Positions 51,885 to 59,463 of a stretch of DNA of 64,000 bases are shown in pieces. The translations under genes and the position numbers were made by a program. Source of the stretch: Fibrobacter sp. UBA1765 (GTDB lineage: Bacteria; Fibrobacterota; Fibrobacteria; Fibrobacterales; Fibrobacteraceae); contig DCGZ01000157.1 of the NCBI GenBank assembly GCA_002314675.1, forward strand, positions 177-64,176. Reading direction: 5' to 3'. Positions within the stretch are counted from its first letter, which is position 1. The number at the start of each line of letters is the position of its first letter. The notes beneath the pieces are model-generated. The model did not search any database. It was given only the letters and a program-made list of their open reading frames with translations, and had not been told where the DNA came from.

Positions 51885-53345
51885 TTAGGCTTGTTCGCCG
51901 CTTTCGCGGATGCGTTTGCGGGCCTTGCTGCCTGGGCGGTTGCGACGCTTTTTGCGGTGCTCGTTAGCGTTTGCCTGTGGCACTTGGTTAATCTGTTGCG
52001 CAGTTTCGTTTATGCTTGGCTGTGTTGTAAGGGAGGGCTTGTTCGCCTTTTTTTGTTTTTTATGGCCGCCCTGCCTTTGCTGTTGATTGTTGTTAGAAAC
52101 TTCGGAACTTTCATTCGTCGTCGCGCTGTTGCGAGGAGCGTTTCCCTTGCCGTGGCGCTTGCCTTTTGGATTGTTTTGCTGGGGTGGCAGCGGCTGCGGT
52201 TCGGGGAGGTTTGCGTAAATGCCGTGGTCGCCTTCTGGGAGCTTTACGCGAGTAACTTTTTCAATGAGCTTTAAGTTGTCGTTGTCTTCTGGACAGCAGA
52301 ATGCGATTGCTTCGCCGTCTTTGCCTGCTCTGGCTGTACGGCCGATGCGGTGCACGAATGTTTCTGCCTCGTTGGGCAAGTCGTAGTTGATGACATGTGT
52401 AACATCATCGATGTCGATGCCGCGTGCGGCGATATCTGTTGCGATGAGAATGCGGATCTGTTCTGTCTTGAAATTATTTAGGGCCTCTTGACGGCGGGTC
52501 TGGCTCTTGTTGCCGTGAATTGCCGCACACTTGAAACCGGCCTTTTCTAGGGTTTCTGAAATCTTGTTTGCACCGTGCTTTGTGCGGCTGAACACGAGAA
52601 CCTTCTTCATTTCGGGGCGTGTGTTCAACAGCTCCTTGAGAAGTGCCGTTTTGCGGCGCTTTTCGATATGGTAGGCTACCTGCTTTATGCGTTCTATTGG
52701 TGTACTCTGCGGGGCGACTTCAATTCGGACCGGGTTGCTGCCCAAAACACTTGCTGCAAGCTTTGCGATTTCTGGCGGCATGGTTGCCGAGAAGAACAGG
52801 TTCTGGCGCTTTGCCGGGAGCATTGCCACGATCTTCTTGATGTCGTGAATGAATCCCATGTCGAGCATTCTGTCGGCTTCATCAAGGACAAAGAATTCAA
52901 GGGCCTTTAAAGAAACAGCCTTTTGTGCGATGAGGTCCAGTAAGCGGCCCGGGGTTGCGACAAGCACGTCTACGCCGTGAATGAGGGCGTGCTTTTGCGG
53001 AATGTCGGAAACGCCGCCAAAAACGCATGCCGTGTTCATTGCCGTGAACTTTGCATATTTTTCAAAGCAGTCTGCCACTTGAATTGCAAGTTCGCGTGTC
53101 GGCAAAAGAACTAGAGCACGAGCGCACTTTGTAGACCTGAAGTTTCCAGATTCCAAAAGCAGCTGTAAAATCGGGAGGGCAAATGCCGCTGTCTTGCCGG
53201 TTCCGGTCTGTGCGATGCCGCACAAATCCTTGTGCTCGAGTAAAACAGGAATAGCCTTCTCCTGTATTGGAGTAGGCTCTTCGTAACCGATTTCGCGAAC
53301 GGCGCGCTTTAGGGGATTTATTAACTGAAAATCTTCAAACTTCAT
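51885..53345 (-). CDS. rhlE: DEAD-box ATP-dependent RNA helicase with basic/Gln-rich C-terminal tail
   Basis: Q motif (PTPIQ), AQTGTGKT, DEAD, SAT and HRIGRTAR. About 110-aa low-complexity basic tail. Confidence 0.9.
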   Translation of the reverse strand: MKFEDFQLINPLKRAVREIGYEEPTPIQEKAIPVLLEHKDLCGIAQTGTGKTAAFALPILQLLLESGNFRSTKCARALVLLPTRELAIQVADCFEKYAKFTAMNTACVFGGVSDIPQKHALIHGVDVLVATPGRLLDLIAQKAVSLKALEFFVLDEADRMLDMGFIHDIKKIVAMLPAKRQNLFFSATMPPEIAKLAASVLGSNPVRIEVAPQSTPIERIKQVAYHIEKRRKTALLKELLNTRPEMKKVLVFSRTKHGANKISETLEKAGFKCAAIHGNKSQTRRQEALNNFKTEQIRILIATDIAARGIDIDDVTHVINYDLPNEAETFVHRIGRTARAGKDGEAIAFCCPEDNDNLKLIEKVTRVKLPEGDHGIYANLPEPQPLPPQQNNPKGKRHGKGNAPRNSATTNESSEVSNNNQQQRQGGHKKQKKANKPSLTTQPSINETAQQINQVPQANANEHRKKRRNRPGSKARKRIRESGEQA

Positions 53346-53348
53346 GCA

Positions 53349-53765
53349 CTATAAGTTAGAAAATTTTCCACTTTCCATATTTTCGATGTAATCGGTAAGC
53401 ATTTGCTTGTTGCTTTGCGTTTCTGAGTCCAGTTCGCTAGCAATTTGGGCTTCGGCGATTTTTGCAACGTACTTCATGATGCTGTCATTCTTGAAATCGC
53501 TAGAACCATGCTTTGCAAGTCGCATCACTTCTTCGTGGATTTCTTCTCCATAGACACTCTTGAAGTTTTCGCAGTATGTGTTTAGAACCTGCTGTAATTT
53601 GCAAATGAAGATTGCTTGATTCTTGAATAAGTCAATATCCGTTTTGAATGTTGGCGCATGGGACCCGCGAAGGAGCATTGTACCGTCATCAAAATTGAAG
53701 TAAATTGAAATGGGGGAGTTGGCTGTGCGCTTGCAGTCTCTTATGTTTGTCAAATAGCTTGGCAT
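53349..53765 (-). CDS. hypothetical protein (138 aa)
   Basis: Co-directional, 3 nt upstream of the helicase start. No recognised motif. Confidence 0.5.
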   Translation of the reverse strand: MPSYLTNIRDCKRTANSPISIYFNFDDGTMLLRGSHAPTFKTDIDLFKNQAIFICKLQQVLNTYCENFKSVYGEEIHEEVMRLAKHGSSDFKNDSIMKYVAKIAEAQIASELDSETQSNKQMLTDYIENMESGKFSNL

Positions 53766-53805
53766 GGTAAAATTCCCTTTGATGAATTATGGCACTGTGA
53801 GCTTT

Positions 53806-54186
53806 TTAGAAATTGAAGCGCGCTTCATCAAAGCAGCGCTCTGCCTGTTCGTCTTCATCCAATTCATCTTCCAACTGAATCGTTCGTGGATAAAGCGGCC
53901 TGATCTTTGCGTCCGCAAGGGGCAAAAGTTCCATTACCGTTTTTTCTATGTCTTCGGCAGATGGCGAAAAGCACTTGAATGCATCGCGGATCTTTTCTTC
54001 GGAGTCCTGCAAAAATTGTATAATGGCATGTTCAACATTAAAAAAGTCGCCGTATTCGGCTTCATTGACGGTGATTTCAATGAATGTCTTTTCGTTTGGG
54101 TCGTGCATGCCGTTTGGTGCGATGGAGTATGCGAGGCTTACCTTGGCACTGTTGATTCCGATGTCTGTAAAAAGAATTCTTTGCAT
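53806..54186 (-). CDS. hypothetical acidic protein (126 aa)
   Basis: 23 nt downstream of the sigma-factor gene stop. Acidic C-terminus (LEDELDEDEQAE). Confidence 0.5.
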   Translation of the reverse strand: MQRILFTDIGINSAKVSLAYSIAPNGMHDPNEKTFIEITVNEAEYGDFFNVEHAIIQFLQDSEEKIRDAFKCFSPSAEDIEKTVMELLPLADAKIRPLYPRTIQLEDELDEDEQAERCFDEARFNF

Positions 54187-54209
54187 ATTTTTCGCCTTGT
54201 TTGCTTGCC

Positions 54210-55058
54210 TTAGGCGGCAATGTCAGAAAAGTTTACGCCCATTTCATCGGCAAATTTCCTGATCTTGCCGCATGCCCTCTTGTAAATGACCCTGATGCCT
54301 TCGTGGGTCATGCCCATTTCCTTTTCCAAGTCCCTGAAGTTTAGGCGTTCGCCGTTAAAGCCGTCATAAGCCCTTACGACATAGAGCTCCTTTTCGTTCA
54401 GCACGGCCAGAGCCTTTGAAATAAAGGATTCCTGTTCCTTGAGAACAATCCCGAATTCGGGACCGTTTTCGTTGCTATCAGCAATGCTGTCGATTCTGCT
54501 TTCTTTGCTGTCTTCAAATTGGCTTTGGTCCAAGGATATGGCGCTGTAGTTGCCAAGTATCAAGGTCTTTTCGCTTTCGTCGCTGTCTTCAACATCGTCT
54601 TCTTCGCAGCTTTCAAATTCTACGAAGGCGTTTTGCTTGAGCTTTTTATTTAGCTGCCTTTGTTCCCTTTGAACATTGGCCGGTATGTGCACTATGGAAT
54701 CCTGACTGTTTATGAGGTCCATGATTGCAGATTTCATTGACCAGATGGCGTGAGTGCGAATGCATGTGCCGCGGCTTGGGTCAAAAGTCCTTAATGCCAT
54801 TAGAAAGCCGTAGACCGCAGCCGAAAACAGGTCGTCTTGTGTCAGCCTCTTTGTTTGGTACTTGGCTGCAGTTGCCTTTATGAACTTGAGGTTTGCCTTG
54901 ACAAGCTTGTCTTCGGCGATTCTCTTTTCTGCAGAGGACTTTGAGTAGAGCGCCTTTTCGATCAGTGCGGCTTCTTCTGCAGCGGAAAGCTGCGAAATGC
55001 TTGCAGAAAGAAGCTGTTCGTAGGTGTTGGAACGTGGTTGTGTTTTGACGTTAGCCAT
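54210..55058 (-). CDS. divergent sigma-70-family factor, paralog 1 (282 aa)
   Basis: Region-2-like LVKANLKFIKATAAKY...FDPSRG..IRTHAIWSMKSAI...IVHIPAN. Acidic linker. Region-4 HTH FRDLEKEMGMTHEGIRVIYKRACGKIR. Confidence 0.8.
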   Translation of the reverse strand: MANVKTQPRSNTYEQLLSASISQLSAAEEAALIEKALYSKSSAEKRIAEDKLVKANLKFIKATAAKYQTKRLTQDDLFSAAVYGFLMALRTFDPSRGTCIRTHAIWSMKSAIMDLINSQDSIVHIPANVQREQRQLNKKLKQNAFVEFESCEEDDVEDSDESEKTLILGNYSAISLDQSQFEDSKESRIDSIADSNENGPEFGIVLKEQESFISKALAVLNEKELYVVRAYDGFNGERLNFRDLEKEMGMTHEGIRVIYKRACGKIRKFADEMGVNFSDIAA

Positions 55059-55306
55059 AACGTTTTATCCTTGAAATTTTTGAATGACACTGATAAGATG
55101 CCCCGTGGAGTCTGGGGCACCCTGAGATTTGCGAAAATGGTGAAAACCATTTTTTTAAGGTGATGGTGCGGTTTGCACCTACGAATATTTTGGGGAAATT
55201 ACGCAGTGATCAAAAAAAGCGATAGGGGAGCTTGTTTTCAAAGATCTTTGTTGGATATAATATAGAAAATAGGGGGGATCCCCTATTTTAAGGGACTGGC
55301 GCAAAA

Positions 55307-56128
55307 TCAGGAGAAGTAGAAAGAGTGCTTGTCTACTTTCTTTGCCTCGGCTCTTTGGCGGAGCTTTTCTATGGCCGCGTTTCGGATTTGACGGATGCGT
55401 TCGCGTGAAATATCCATGCAGCTTTCAAGTTCACGGTAGTTCTGGACATCTCCAAAAAAGCCGCAATTTGCCTTCACGAGGTACGATTCCCTTTGCGGAA
55501 GGCTTGAAAGAAGTTCTTCGCAGAGTTTTTTCTGCTCGATTTCATCAATGTACGCTTCTGTGGAAAAGGAGCTGTCGCTGATGCTTGCCGCAAGAGGTTC
55601 GCGGCTTGATTCGCCCTTGATGCTTGTCGGCAAATCAATGGATACTGTTTTCACGAATGCCTGCCTTGCATTGTCTTGTGCTTCTGCGTCTACGGTTTTG
55701 CCGGAATCTAAAAGCCTTGTAACCTTGCGGCGTTCAAGAATCCTGTTTGCAGGGATATGTACGAGGCTTTCCTGCTGGTTCAAGAATGCCGTGATTGCGC
55801 CACGTATTGCCCAGATGGCGTGTGTTATGAACTTGTTTCCGCGGCTTGCGTCAAAGGTGTCGATCGCTGCAACCATTGCCGTGAGCGCTTCAGAAAACAT
55901 GTCGTCCATGTCGATGGACTTGTTCTGGAATTCATTGACTGCCTTTGCGACAAAGCGGATGTTTGCGCATGCAATGCGATCGCGGGCCGCCTTGCGTGCG
56001 GCTGCCGTCTTTGCGGAATGGTATTGGTTGAAGAGCTCCTGTTCTTCGGTGGCGCTGACTGGGTTAGAAATATTTGAGGCAAGGAGCTTGTTGTAGGAAG
56101 AGTGGCTTTGGCAATTGTATGGAGTCAT
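55307..56128 (-). CDS. divergent sigma-70-family factor, paralog 2 (273 aa)
   Basis: IACANIRFVAKAVNEF...FDASRGNKFITHAIWAIRGAI...LVHIPAN. Region 4 YRELESCMDISRERIRQIRNAAIEKLR. Confidence 0.8.
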   Translation of the reverse strand: MTPYNCQSHSSYNKLLASNISNPVSATEEQELFNQYHSAKTAAARKAARDRIACANIRFVAKAVNEFQNKSIDMDDMFSEALTAMVAAIDTFDASRGNKFITHAIWAIRGAITAFLNQQESLVHIPANRILERRKVTRLLDSGKTVDAEAQDNARQAFVKTVSIDLPTSIKGESSREPLAASISDSSFSTEAYIDEIEQKKLCEELLSSLPQRESYLVKANCGFFGDVQNYRELESCMDISRERIRQIRNAAIEKLRQRAEAKKVDKHSFYFS

Positions 56129-56227
56129 ATGCTGTTATATGAATTAAAAAATCAAAAAAGCAAGTGCAGAGATTTATTTTCTCTGCCTGCTTGAAAATTT
56201 TTTGCCCGTGAAGGGCGCCTGACAGGA

Positions 56228-57016
56228 TTATTCAATGTATGTAGCGCGGTTGCCTAAGCTTTGGCGCAATTTTTTGAGTGCCTGTCTCTTGAGCTGGCCT
56301 ATGTACTGGTGGGCTACGCCTTGTTCGCGGGCGATATCATTCAGACTTTCTTCATCGCGGTAGCCCAGGCCGAATGCGCGTTCAATGACATCCTTTTCCC
56401 TTGGCTTTAATGCCTTCATGCCACCGCGGAGAATCTGGCAGATTTCCTTAGCGTACATCTCGTCTTCAAGATTTCCGTTGCTTGCCTTGAGCAAGTCTTC
56501 GATAGTGAAGTCGGAATCGTTGTCGAGCGGCATGCTTGTAGACATGTACTTTGGATTGAGATCCTTGTACAGATTGTTTTCCTTGGCATTCAGAGCTTCG
56601 CCCTTGTTTACTCGGTTGTTGAGTTCGCGGCGGGTGTCCTGCTTGTTGGACGGAATGTGGAGCAATTCACAATCTTTAAACAACTTGGAAAGCTTGCCGC
56701 GGACCTTCCAGCTGGCGTGGGTGTAGAGGCTTGCGCCGGAATTTGGGTTGTAGCTGTCGATTGCTTCACCTAGAGCGAGTGCAGCTGTATTTAATATGTC
56801 TCCGTATTCAAGGGAGGCATGGCCGTAATCCTTGATCATTTGCATGATTTCTGCAAGGTGGCTGGTGTAGAGCATTTCTCTTGCACGGGCGGCAAGTTTT
56901 GTGCCCTTGTTGTTGCGTATGATTTCGAACAGCTTGGCATCTTCTGCCGGAGTCAAACGCTTTGTGTTCTTGACGAACTTGGAGATGTTGGAGGTTTGGA
57001 ACTGGGTTGTGCGCAT
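56228..57016 (-). CDS. divergent sigma-70-family factor, paralog 3 (262 aa)
   Basis: YNPNSGASLYTHASWKVRGKL...LLHIPSN. Region 4 LNDIAREQGVAHQYIGQLKRQALKKLR. Confidence 0.75.
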   Translation of the reverse strand: MRTTQFQTSNISKFVKNTKRLTPAEDAKLFEIIRNNKGTKLAARAREMLYTSHLAEIMQMIKDYGHASLEYGDILNTAALALGEAIDSYNPNSGASLYTHASWKVRGKLSKLFKDCELLHIPSNKQDTRRELNNRVNKGEALNAKENNLYKDLNPKYMSTSMPLDNDSDFTIEDLLKASNGNLEDEMYAKEICQILRGGMKALKPREKDVIERAFGLGYRDEESLNDIAREQGVAHQYIGQLKRQALKKLRQSLGNRATYIE

Positions 57017-57620
57017 AGATTTTATCCTTTTTTAGAGTTTAGGATTCCCCCGGCCCGTATTTACGGGACGATTTTTATGCATACGTCAGGGAAGGAACGT
57101 ATACCGGCAAGGCTTTCGACCTTGCTTGCGCAGGTAACAAGGAACGGCCGTTTCATTTTGCAGGGAGGCTCGCCAACACGTATAATTATTATTTCACGCG
57201 TAAAGCCATTTGTGAGGCGATGCCAAAAACTGCGAAAGACCTTAGTCGGACCCAGTTTTACAGACTGTTATTTGATGTTAATCCTCGGTTTTGAGGACTT
57301 AAAGGACTGAAAATTTGAGAGGGGAAAATACTCAAAAATAATCATAAACCTCAAATATTGTTGGTTGATTCGGTTTGGACTTCAAATTTAGAATCTTGGA
57401 GTGACATAAAACGTCAATCCAGGGAAATTTTGAAAAAAATCATAAAAAAACTCCTTTTTATTTATTGATGTTTTGTTAAATGAAAGTGGACCGGAATTTC
57501 AAAAAGCAAAACGTCGGCGGGGCGGCGCGCCGCCTGTAGAGCAAATGTCGTGCCAAAGATGGCTTTTGGCGTATTTGCTTAATTTTAAGGAAATGATGTT
57601 CGTTGAGTAATACTGAATAT

Positions 57621-57651
57621 GAAAAATATTTCACTATTAGTGAAATATTTT
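57621..57651. terminator. perfect palindromic hairpin downstream of ORF 57697-58197
   Basis: aaaaatatttcac-tatta-gtgaaatattttt: a 13-bp stem flanked by A/T runs. Confidence 0.65.
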
Positions 57652-57696
57652 TCTTTAATGTTCTAGATTGTTGTGTCTTATCTAAACCAGATGTTC

Positions 57697-58197
57697 TCAG
57701 TCGCCGTCTGGGTACATGTTGCTTGCCGCTGCACGAAAAATTTCCCTCAATTTTGCTTCCCTAGCTTTTGTTAGGTATTTTTGTGCAAATGGAGCCAAAT
57801 AGGAATCGATGCTTTCTGCATTGCCGTTTGTAAGCAATTCAACGAGGGCTTCCATGCCGTTGATGAATTCTTTTGCAACGGTATTGCATTGTTCTTCACT
57901 ATGCTGAATGTTTGCGGCGCTGCATTTGTCTGCAAGTATCTGCGCAACCTTTTGCGGATTGCGCGGGTAGTTTTCGCCTTCTTCGTGTGCCCAGAGATTT
58001 CTTAATGTTCCCGAGCGAATGGTTGCGCTGTCTGCGTTTTCGACTTGCATGCCGGCAATGCTTAAAAGCTGGTCTCGCAATTCATTCAGTGTCTGCATGA
58101 ACAGGGAGTTTGATCTGTCGAACATTGTGAAAAATTTGAGCAGGCACCAGCTGCCGACAATTTCGATGAAATCACCATTTTTGTCAATTGCATCCAT
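57697..58197 (-). CDS. hypothetical protein (166 aa)
   Basis: Complete ORF followed by a hairpin. No recognised motif. Confidence 0.5.
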   Translation of the reverse strand: MDAIDKNGDFIEIVGSWCLLKFFTMFDRSNSLFMQTLNELRDQLLSIAGMQVENADSATIRSGTLRNLWAHEEGENYPRNPQKVAQILADKCSAANIQHSEEQCNTVAKEFINGMEALVELLTNGNAESIDSYLAPFAQKYLTKAREAKLREIFRAAASNMYPDGD

Positions 58198-58381
58198 AAG
58201 GTCTCCTTGTTGAACCTGTATAGAATATGTTTGAAATTTTTAGAAAGGCAATATCTTAATCTTTTACACAACGTTGCACTATAGGCAAACTGTCGTCGCA
58301 TTGGAACACGATATTACCTTCAGCAGAAAAACCGAAGTCCAACACCTTTTTTTGGGGTGTTGGAAGTTTTGTGGCGAAGCG

Positions 58382-58996
58382 TTATTTGCGCTTTGCGGCC
58401 TTGAGCATTTTCTTGATGTTGCTTGCCGTTGGCGTTTGCTTTTTCTGTGCGTGATCCTTTGGCTTTTCTGGGCAAAGCAAATCTGCAGGAATTGCAGGCA
58501 AAATGCCGGTAGGCAAATTGAATGGCAAGTCCAAAAATGCCTTTAGACGCTCGAACCAATTTTTGTTCGACATGTTGAAAACGGGAATGCCCTTCAGGTC
58601 TGCCATGGCAATCGCTTGCCCCGTTCCGCCGGAAGCCTGCTTGCGGTCTTTTGCGTGCTCGCAGCCGTCCTTGGTGGAGCAGACTATGAAATCTACAGGC
58701 GTGTCGAGGTTTATGCCAAACACCTGGAACGTGTTGCGCGCAAATAAATCTAGCGCGTGTGCATATAGATGTTCTGGCGAAGGGTGCAACTCCTTTGCAA
58801 TGGCGCGCGCCTCGTCGGTTGCGTGAGCTGGCGTAAATATGTGCGCTTTTGAAGCTCGCTTGCTATCCATGCCATAACGCGTTCCACAGGCTGCTGCGTG
58901 TTTGGTTCCCTGGCTCCCGACAAATCGCGATGCCCGATGCCTGCGTATGTGAACGACTTCTTTTTGCCATTTCGGCAAGTCTGCGAAAGTTCTCAT
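58382..58996 (-). CDS. hypothetical protein with possible Rossmann/SLOG-like nucleotide-binding core and basic tail
   Basis: The segment VDFIVCSTKDGCEH...ASGGTGQAIAMADLKGIPVFNM resembles LOG/DprA/SLOG-type loops. This is a weak, memory-based call. Terminator-like hairpin ccaacacc/ggtgttgg at 58339-58363. Confidence 0.45.
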   Translation of the reverse strand: MRTFADLPKWQKEVVHIRRHRASRFVGSQGTKHAAACGTRYGMDSKRASKAHIFTPAHATDEARAIAKELHPSPEHLYAHALDLFARNTFQVFGINLDTPVDFIVCSTKDGCEHAKDRKQASGGTGQAIAMADLKGIPVFNMSNKNWFERLKAFLDLPFNLPTGILPAIPADLLCPEKPKDHAQKKQTPTASNIKKMLKAAKRK

Positions 58997-59193
58997 GCTT
59001 CACTCCTTGTGCAGCAACACATGCCGCTGCCAAGGAGAATTATGTATGGGAAAAGCGAAAAGGCAAGTGGATTTGAAAAAATTTTGGAAGACGCATGGCC
59101 TTGTTAAATTCTAATGTAACACAAAATTTTAAATGTAACATAATAATGTTATATTACGATGAAATGACGGGCTAAAGCTGCAAAAATTGTCGC

Positions 59194-59400
59194 TTGTTGT
59201 GGAATTTATGCGATATAACAATGATTATTGACAATGTAACCAGAACATATTTTGAAAATTTTAAGAACCAATATGTGCTTATTGGCGGTTCTGCATGTTC
59301 CATTTGGTTTGATGTAAATGGCGGCAAGTTTAGATCGACGAAGGATTTGGACATTGTGTTGATCCTTGTGGGTAGTCAACCTTCTTCATTTACGGTGTGA
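59194..59400 (+). pseudogene. truncated nucleotidyltransferase-like fragment (AbiEii/DUF-type NTase N-terminus)
   Basis: YVLIGGSACSIWFDVNGGKFRSTKDLDIVL matches the GS...D.D minimal NTase motif, but the ORF stops after 68 aa, directly at a terminator. Confidence 0.35.
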
Positions 59401-59408
59401 ATGAACAC

Positions 59409-59436
59409 AAAAAACGGACCTTACGGTCCGTTTTTT
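59409..59436. terminator. bidirectional terminator
   Basis: aaaaaacggacc-ttac-ggtccgtttttt. Confidence 0.85.
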
Positions 59437-59463
59437 GATGTGAATTTTTTTAATGATTTGACT

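Noticed and set aside
53764-54262. Plus-strand ORFs 53764-54213 and 53948-54262
   Set aside because: They are antisense to two tightly packed minus-strand ORFs that fit the operon orientation, and they carry no motifs. I cannot fully exclude them without expression data.
56819-57310. 163-aa plus-strand ORF spanning the sigma paralog 3 start and its upstream region
   Set aside because: It overlaps the well-supported sigma gene in antisense and shows no RBS or motif. The downstream part lies in the hairpin-rich spacer, which I treat as non-coding.
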